From assembly GCA_017936745.1 (NCBI GenBank), contig JAGBEY010000001.1, positions 5,111 to 69,110 on the forward strand: DNA of 64,000 nt, given 5' to 3'. Below are positions 59,087 to 64,000 of this stretch, piece by piece. Both the position numbers and the translations under genes were made by a program. The first letter of the stretch is position 1, and each line of letters opens with the position of its first letter. Below the pieces are notes generated by a model. It did not search any database, was not told the DNA's origin, and saw only the letters and a program-made list of their open reading frames with translations. Origin of the DNA: Clostridia bacterium. Lineage in GTDB: Bacteria > Bacillota > Clostridia > UMGS1840.

Positions 59087-59713
59087 ATGGCAAGATATAC
59101 AGGTGCAGTGTGCCGTCTTTGCAGAAGAGAAAATCAGAAACTTTTCTTAAAAGGTACCAGATGTTTTTCTGAAAAATGTGCACTGTCTAAAAGAGCTTAT
59201 GCTCCCGGACAGCACGGTCAGGCAAGAAAGAAAATGTCTGAATACGGCGTTCAGCTGCGTGAAAAACAGAAAACAAGAAGATATTACGGAGTTCTGGAAG
59301 GTCAGTTTGCAAACTACTATGAAATGGCTGTTAAAAAAGCAGGCATTACCGGTGAAAACTTACTGATTATCTTAGAATCCAGACTGGATAACATTGTTTA
59401 CAGACTGGGTTGGGCTACTTCCAGACCGGAAGCAAGACAGCTGGTTAGACACGGTCATTTTGAAGTAAACGGACAGAAGGCAAACATTCCTTCTATTTTA
59501 CTGAAAGCCGGCGATACCATCACCATTAAAGACAAGAGCCGCAGCTCTGAAAAAATCAAGGCTGTTTTGGAAACTACCGACTCTAAGGTTGTTCCCATGT
59601 GGTTATCTTTAGATAAAAACGCATTAAGCGCTTCTATCGTAAGAATGCCCACCAGAGAAGAAATTGATCTGGAAGTGGAAGAACACTTAATCGTTGAGTT
59701 GTACTCCAAATAA
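59087..59713 (+). CDS. rpsD: 30S ribosomal protein S4
   Basis: The product begins [15 protein letters not shown] and has an S4 domain. Confidence 0.95.
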   Translation: MARYTGAVCRLCRRENQKLFLKGTRCFSEKCALSKRAYAPGQHGQARKKMSEYGVQLREKQKTRRYYGVLEGQFANYYEMAVKKAGITGENLLIILESRLDNIVYRLGWATSRPEARQLVRHGHFEVNGQKANIPSILLKAGDTITIKDKSRSSEKIKAVLETTDSKVVPMWLSLDKNALSASIVRMPTREEIDLEVEEHLIVELYSK

Positions 59714-59851
59714 GATATTGACTTTGCTTTTATGCTTCTTCCGATTCTGTTTCGGAAGAGGCAGGGAAGTCAGTATAGCTGACCCAGAAGCTGAAATCAC
59801 AAAAGAGTTTGAAAATATGAAAAAACACCATTTGGTGAGGAGGGTCACACT

Positions 59852-60799
59852 ATGATTTTAATTGAAAAACCGAATATTGAATTTTTAGACCGGTCACCCA
59901 GCGGTGATTATGCTAAATTTTCCTTAAGCCCGTTAAATCGAGGCTACGGCACAACTCTCGGAAACAGCTTGAGAAGAATTTTGTTATCTTCTTTGGAGGG
60001 GGTAGCTCCCACCAGCGTGAAAATTGACGGTGTGGTACATGAATTTTCTACTATTCCCGGTGTAAAAGAAGATGTAACCGAAATTATTCTGAATGTAAAA
60101 AATATTGCTGCAAAACTGTTCTGTGACGGTCCGAAAACCGTGATTCTGGAAGCAGACGGTGAATGTGTGTTAACCGCAGGCGATATTAAACCGGATGCAG
60201 AAGTAGAGATTAAAAATCCTGAGCTGCACATTGCAACTTTAAATAAGGATGCTAAATTCTATATGGAAATTGTGTTTGACCACGGTATCGGCTATGTTCC
60301 GTCTGAGCTGAATAAAACTGCAGCTCTGCCCGTTGGTGCAATTCCCGTAGATTCTATTTACACTCCTGTGAAAAAGGTAAATGCAACGGTTGAAAACACC
60401 AGAGTTGGCAACAAGACCGACCATGATAAGCTCACACTTGAAGTTTGGACTAACGGCGTTTTAACTGCTGATGAAGCAGTTGGCTGGGCTGCAAAAATCA
60501 TGAGCGAGCATCTGTCTTTATTCGTTGGCTTGTCTGATGAAGCAAGAAACAGTGATATTATGGTGGAAAAAGAAGAAGATTACAAAGAAAAAGTTTTGGA
60601 AATGACCATCGAAGATCTGGAATTGTCTGTTCGTTCCTACAACTGCTTGAAACGTGCAGGTATCAACAATGTTGAAGACCTTTCCAAGAAAACCCAGGAA
60701 GAAATGATCAAAGTGAGAAACTTAGGTCGTAAATCCATGGAAGAAGTCATTGCAAAACTGGAAGCGTTGGGCTTAACTCTGGCGCAGGAAGAAGAATAA
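59852..60799 (+). CDS. rpoA: DNA-directed RNA polymerase subunit alpha
   Basis: The N-terminal domain contains [12 protein letters not shown] and the alpha-CTD contains [16 protein letters not shown]. Confidence 0.95.
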   Translation: MILIEKPNIEFLDRSPSGDYAKFSLSPLNRGYGTTLGNSLRRILLSSLEGVAPTSVKIDGVVHEFSTIPGVKEDVTEIILNVKNIAAKLFCDGPKTVILEADGECVLTAGDIKPDAEVEIKNPELHIATLNKDAKFYMEIVFDHGIGYVPSELNKTAALPVGAIPVDSIYTPVKKVNATVENTRVGNKTDHDKLTLEVWTNGVLTADEAVGWAAKIMSEHLSLFVGLSDEARNSDIMVEKEEDYKEKVLEMTIEDLELSVRSYNCLKRAGINNVEDLSKKTQEEMIKVRNLGRKSMEEVIAKLEALGLTLAQEEE

Positions 60800-60844
60800 A
60801 CCTGACCCGAAAGGGAATTGATTAAAAAGGGAGGCTATGTCAAA

Positions 60845-61186
60845 ATGGCAGGAACCAGAAAATTAGGTCGTCCTACTGACCATAGAATCGCTATGCTCAA
60901 AAATCTTGTTACCGCTCTCTTAGAACACGGTAAAATTGAAACCACCGTTACCAGAGCAAAAGAAACCAGAGCATTGGCTGAAAAAATGATTACTCTTGCA
61001 AAACAAGATACTTTACATGCAAGAAGACAGGCGCTGGCTTTTATCACCAAAGAAGATGTTGTGAAAAAGCTGTTTGAAGAAATCGCTCCGAAATATCAGG
61101 AAAGAAACGGTGGTTACACCAGAATCATCAAAACTTTCGAACGCCGTGGCGACGCAGCGCTGATGTCTGTGATCGAATTAGTATAA
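60845..61186 (+). CDS. rplQ: 50S ribosomal protein L17
   Basis: The product contains [16 protein letters not shown]. The start was moved to 60845, after a GGGAGG SD. Confidence 0.95.
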   Translation: MAGTRKLGRPTDHRIAMLKNLVTALLEHGKIETTVTRAKETRALAEKMITLAKQDTLHARRQALAFITKEDVVKKLFEEIAPKYQERNGGYTRIIKTFERRGDAALMSVIELV

Positions 61187-61199
61187 GGAGGTATTCACA

Positions 61200-61397
61200 A
61201 TGAAACAGGGAATCCATCCGGATTACAAAAAAACCACTATTACCTGTGCTTGTGGCGCGGTTTATGAAACCGGCTCCAGCAAGGAAAATCTGCACGTGGA
61301 AATTTGTGCAAAATGCCATCCGTTCTACACCGGTAAACAGAAACTGGTAGACACCGGCGGACGTGTTGAAAAATTCAAAAAGAAATTTGGCTTATAA
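61200..61397 (+). CDS. rpmE: 50S ribosomal protein L31 (type A, zinc-ribbon)
   Basis: The product begins MKQGIHPDY and contains C.C....[11 protein letters not shown]. Confidence 0.95.
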   Translation: MKQGIHPDYKKTTITCACGAVYETGSSKENLHVEICAKCHPFYTGKQKLVDTGGRVEKFKKKFGL

Positions 61398-61402
61398 AAT
61401 CC

Positions 61403-61440
61403 AAAAAAAGGCTTACAGCAAACGCTGTAAGCCTTTTTTG
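61403..61440 (+). terminator. intrinsic terminator ending the ribosomal supercluster
   Basis: AAAAAAAGGCTTACAGC-AAAC-GCTGTAAGCCTTTTTT. Confidence 0.8.
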
Positions 61441-61531
61441 TGCTTGTTTTGTTGTGTGGAAATATTATTTTTGAACTTCTTACAACTTTCATTCATAATA
61501 TCTCCGCCAGCCATTCCAAACCTCTTTTTCT

Positions 61532-61607
61532 GTCATTCCGAACACAGTGAGGAATCTCATCCCCAAAAAAACGAGATTCTTCGGTCGTCAAACTCCCTCA
61601 GAATGAC
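61532..61607. repeat. REP/MITE-like palindromic element, copy B
   Basis: It has the form GTCATTCCGA..GTGAGGAATCTC-N12-GAGATTCTTC..CAGAATGAC. The termini and core are the same as in copy A at 36105-36155. Confidence 0.5.
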
Positions 61608-61640
61608 AGAAAGGAGACTGCTTTTTGATAAAAATGCACA

Positions 61641-61844
61641 TTATTTTTTTTCCGTTAACCCCAAAATGTAGTCGGTAGACACATGATAGTATTTTGCCAG
61701 TGCAATTAAAATATCAATGGGGAGCTGACGTTGTCCGTTTTCATATTGAGAGTAAGTATTTTGCTTGATATGCAGATATTCTGCAATTTCTTTTTGCTTA
61801 ATATCAGAATCTTCCCGTAAATCTTTTAACCTCATTTTTATCAC
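61641..61844 (-). CDS. XRE/Cro-CI-family helix-turn-helix transcriptional regulator
   Basis: The 67-aa product has the HTH_3 pattern LKDLREDSDIKQKEIAEYLHIKQNTYSQYENGQRQLPID.L..LAKYY.VS.DY.LG. Confidence 0.8.
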   Translation of the reverse strand: MIKMRLKDLREDSDIKQKEIAEYLHIKQNTYSQYENGQRQLPIDILIALAKYYHVSTDYILGLTEKK

Positions 61845-61865
61845 CTCTCGAATATATTATATAAA

Positions 61866-61905
61866 ATCTCATAATGAGATATTGACATTTATCTCAAATT
61901 GTGAT
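61866..61905. promoter_or_regulatory. two related operator-like palindromes in divergent XRE promoter region
   Basis: ATCTCATAATGAGAT (61866-61880) is a perfect palindrome and ATCTCAAATTGTGAT (61891-61905) has one mismatch. Together they bracket the -35 of the plus-strand promoter. Confidence 0.4.
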
Positions 61906-61910
61906 ATTAT
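61882..61910 (+). promoter_or_regulatory. sigmaA-type promoter for the secreted-protein genes
   Basis: TTGACA (61882-61887) is followed by a 17-nt spacer and an extended -10, TGaTATTAT, whose hexamer lies at 61905-61910. Confidence 0.55.
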
Positions 61911-61940
61911 AAAAGAAAAAACTTTAAGGAGAGAAAGAAA

Positions 61941-62651
61941 ATGAAGCAAAAAGTAAAAGGGTATCTGCTTGGCTTTTTAAGTGCAGCACTATTGGTTGGC
62001 TGTGTGACAACGCTTGCTGCGAATACTACCACACTTTATGATGTTCTAACAAACGGAATAACCATTGTTGTTGATGGACAAAAACTCAATCCCACAGATG
62101 TAAACGGAAATAAAGTTGAGCCAATGATTTATAATGGCACAACATACTTACCTGTAAGAGCAGTTGCGAATGCACTTGACAAAGCAGTGTATTGGGATGG
62201 ACCGAATTATACTGTTTATTTAGGTAATATGGATGGAGAATTAGAATATCCAACTGTTGAATTGGAAGATATGGTAAGTATTAATGATTATCCAAGTGAA
62301 ACTGACGAACTGACTGATAACTATGGAAATAGCTATGATCATGCAATTTGTAATGAGAATAGAGATAAGTTAAATTTGCAATACCTTTGCAACATGAAAT
62401 ATTCAAGATTTAAGGGAACACTCTACATTCCAGAAGGTGAAACTGATGATAGATCTGTTTATTTAACTATAATAGCTGACGGAAAAACAATTTACAAATC
62501 TCCTGAGATGACAAAAACATCTGGTCCTATAGATGTAGATGTTAATGTTACAGGATATAATGATATTCAAATAAAATTTAGCGAATGTAATTTTAATTGT
62601 TACTATTATGCCCCACTGTTATGTTTAGGTAACGCAGGATTTTATCAATAA
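61941..62651 (+). CDS. secreted protein with copper-amine-oxidase-N-terminal-like (stalk) domain and C-terminal beta-sandwich (NPCBM-like?) domain
   Basis: It has a signal peptide or TM and the motif GTTYLPVRAVANALDKAVYWDGPNYTVYL typical of Cu_amine_oxidN1 domains. The C-terminal assignment is tentative. Confidence 0.55.
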   Translation: MKQKVKGYLLGFLSAALLVGCVTTLAANTTTLYDVLTNGITIVVDGQKLNPTDVNGNKVEPMIYNGTTYLPVRAVANALDKAVYWDGPNYTVYLGNMDGELEYPTVELEDMVSINDYPSETDELTDNYGNSYDHAICNENRDKLNLQYLCNMKYSRFKGTLYIPEGETDDRSVYLTIIADGKTIYKSPEMTKTSGPIDVDVNVTGYNDIQIKFSECNFNCYYYAPLLCLGNAGFYQ

Positions 62652-62708
62652 CATTTACGATACTTATTAAATTTTGAACAAACTGTTTTGAAAGGATATA
62701 TATTATTT

Positions 62709-63161
62709 ATGAAAAAGTTTTTATCATTATTATTAATTTTATCATTGATGTTGTCAACTTTTTTTGTTGAAAATGCATTTGCAGCAACATCTGCATCTTT
62801 TGATAGCAATCGCTATTGCACGGTAACAATATCACAAAAACTTATGCAAAATCTGAGATATAAAACTGCAACTGTGAAAATTAATACCTATGATTTAACG
62901 GGTAAAAAGACCAGTGGTAAAGTGAATGTTAAGTTAACAGACGGCAAAGGGAACTACATCGGTACTTATACAAAAAAGAGCGGAGATACGATAAAACTGG
63001 GAAATGATCATTCCAGTTATAGAATCTATATTTCTGTTTACAAGGAACCCGTAACAGGCGGTATCATAGCACGTACTATTAAAGGCGGAAACAATTTTAC
63101 AAATCTTGGTAAATGTGCAACATGGAAAATTACAAATAACAAAAACTGTAGTATAAAATAA
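62709..63161 (+). CDS. small secreted protein, unknown function
   Basis: The start was moved to the ATG at 62709 (MKKFLSLLLILS... signal peptide ending AFA-A). The mature protein is about 125 aa, beta-rich, with no family recognised. Confidence 0.5.
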   Translation: MKKFLSLLLILSLMLSTFFVENAFAATSASFDSNRYCTVTISQKLMQNLRYKTATVKINTYDLTGKKTSGKVNVKLTDGKGNYIGTYTKKSGDTIKLGNDHSSYRIYISVYKEPVTGGIIARTIKGGNNFTNLGKCATWKITNNKNCSIK

Positions 63162-63195
63162 AACTTTGTAAAAATTGTCATTTGATCCAACAGGA

Positions 63196-63228
63196 AAAGG
63201 TCGCGGTAATCTTCTGCGACCTTTTATT
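63196..63228. terminator. intrinsic terminator between convergent genes
   Basis: AAAGGTCGC-N11-GCGACCTTT is followed by TATT on the plus strand, and a T-run follows it on the minus strand. Confidence 0.65.
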
Positions 63229-63268
63229 ACGTTGGAAAGCAGGTTGCTTATCCGTTTAGCCCTTTTTG

Positions 63269-63997
63269 CTACTCAATAATTAAATAACTTCCCACTTTCA
63301 AATTACGGTCGTTTTCGATGTTGTTGACAGCTTTTAAGCGGTCAACGGTGGTGGCATATTTCTTTGCGATTAAAAAGAGGGTGTCGCCTGGTTTTATGAT
63401 ATAGGCAACGATGGGGGCACGGTCCATACACTGTGGAGTATCTTCTTCTAAGAGAATGGCTTCTACATATTGCTTCTGCTCTTGTTTGCCAAGGCAGATG
63501 AAAATGGTAATTCCTGCACGGATTTCCAAATTATTTTGGTTTAAAATGTGATAGGAGAAATGATTTAAGTCTGCTTTGACACTGATATTATCCCAGCTTC
63601 CTTTAGGAGAATCGGGCTGTAATGCAAAGGGGATTTCTTTGGTGACGGAATGGATGGTGGAATTGCTTTTGTATAAAATCCGTGTTTGCAGAGTTCCGCT
63701 GATATTCAGATTGTTACCGCTTTGTTCTGCTCCGGTGATGACGGGTCGGGCAGATACATCTAAGATTTCATCTAATTGGGTGTCGGATAAGGAAACCATT
63801 TCCTTTACGGTAAAGGTTTCCTCCGGTAAACAGCAAAGTTGCTCAAAAGGAGCGGTTTTGGTCAAAAGCTTGGTTTGACAGTTTGGGCTATATGCATCGG
63901 TGACGAGAGAAATCTGCTTTTCTTCTCTGGCAGTGAGCTGAATAAATATAGTTCCGAAGAAGGAAAGATTTTTGGCTTCGTTTTCTTCATTTTGCAT
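63269..63997 (-). CDS. DUF3794 (SPOCS)-like domain protein with C-terminal LysM domain (spore-coat-assembly-like); N-terminus may lie beyond window
   Basis: It has the C-terminal LysM motif YIIKPGDTLFLIAKKYATTVDRLKAVNNI...L.VG. The frame stays open to the window edge, so the ATG at 63997 may not be the true start. Confidence 0.65.
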   Translation of the reverse strand: MQNEENEAKNLSFFGTIFIQLTAREEKQISLVTDAYSPNCQTKLLTKTAPFEQLCCLPEETFTVKEMVSLSDTQLDEILDVSARPVITGAEQSGNNLNISGTLQTRILYKSNSTIHSVTKEIPFALQPDSPKGSWDNISVKADLNHFSYHILNQNNLEIRAGITIFICLGKQEQKQYVEAILLEEDTPQCMDRAPIVAYIIKPGDTLFLIAKKYATTVDRLKAVNNIENDRNLKVGSYLIIE

Positions 63998-64000
63998 AAT

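Noticed and set aside
61363-61671. 102-aa plus-strand ORF after rpmE
   Set aside because: It begins inside rpmE, reads through the rpmE terminator and the REP-like palindrome, and overlaps the XRE gene in antisense. It is a typical spurious translation of a repeat.

Overview
This is a chromosomal segment from a moderately AT-rich, endospore-forming, S-layer-bearing Firmicute that looks like a Clostridia member. The sporulation and germination genes (SpoIID, a SpoIIQ-like M23 protein, SleB/YpeB), the SLH-domain proteins and the Shine-Dalgarno usage support that placement. Gene order from left to right: (1) the 3' part of an FGGY sugar kinase, followed by a block of secreted, lipoprotein and SLH-M15 peptidase genes (1-5.4 kb). 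(2) A 350-nt gene-free gap filled with nested inverted repeats. (3) A BlaI/BlaR1-type repressor and M56 sensor-protease pair with canonical TTACAnnTGTAA operators (5.8-8.9 kb). (4) An 18-gene co-oriented surface-polysaccharide or teichoic-like locus (9.1-27.3 kb). It encodes a PglC/PglD/PglE-like initiating trio, a TviB/TviC-like pair, two tandem EpsG polymerase paralogs, several glycosyltransferases, a Wzx flippase, two LicD + TagD-like cytidylyltransferase pairs, a tandem GDPD-like protein, an NTP_transf_5 protein and VanZ. (5) A minus-strand spoIID / SpoIIQ-like M23 / SpoIID-LytB cluster. (6) lon, hisS and aspS. (7) A small-export-protein gene, a promoter-to-terminator structured RNA candidate, an SLH protein and an M23 peptidase. 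(8) infC-rpmI-rplT with an L20-type leader. (9) A TrkH/TrkA-type K+ uptake pair. (10) sleB-ypeB. (11) The complete S10-spc-alpha ribosomal protein supercluster (rpsJ to rplQ, plus secY, adk, map, infA, rpmJ and rpoA) with rpmE appended. (12) An AT-richer islet holding an XRE regulator, two secreted proteins and a DUF3794/LysM spore-coat-like gene. I found no rRNA, tRNA, CRISPR array, transposase, integrase or recognisable defence or toxin gene, so I cannot support a claim of a novel protein-based defence system here. The least explained signals are non-coding: nested inverted-repeat modules, a REP-like palindromic repeat family, a roughly 210-nt structured transcript candidate, and unusually long hairpin-bearing spacers inside the ribosomal operons. 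The duplicated LicD/TagD + GDPD arrangement in the polysaccharide locus is also unexplained. All functional calls come from motif recognition by eye, since no database search was possible.
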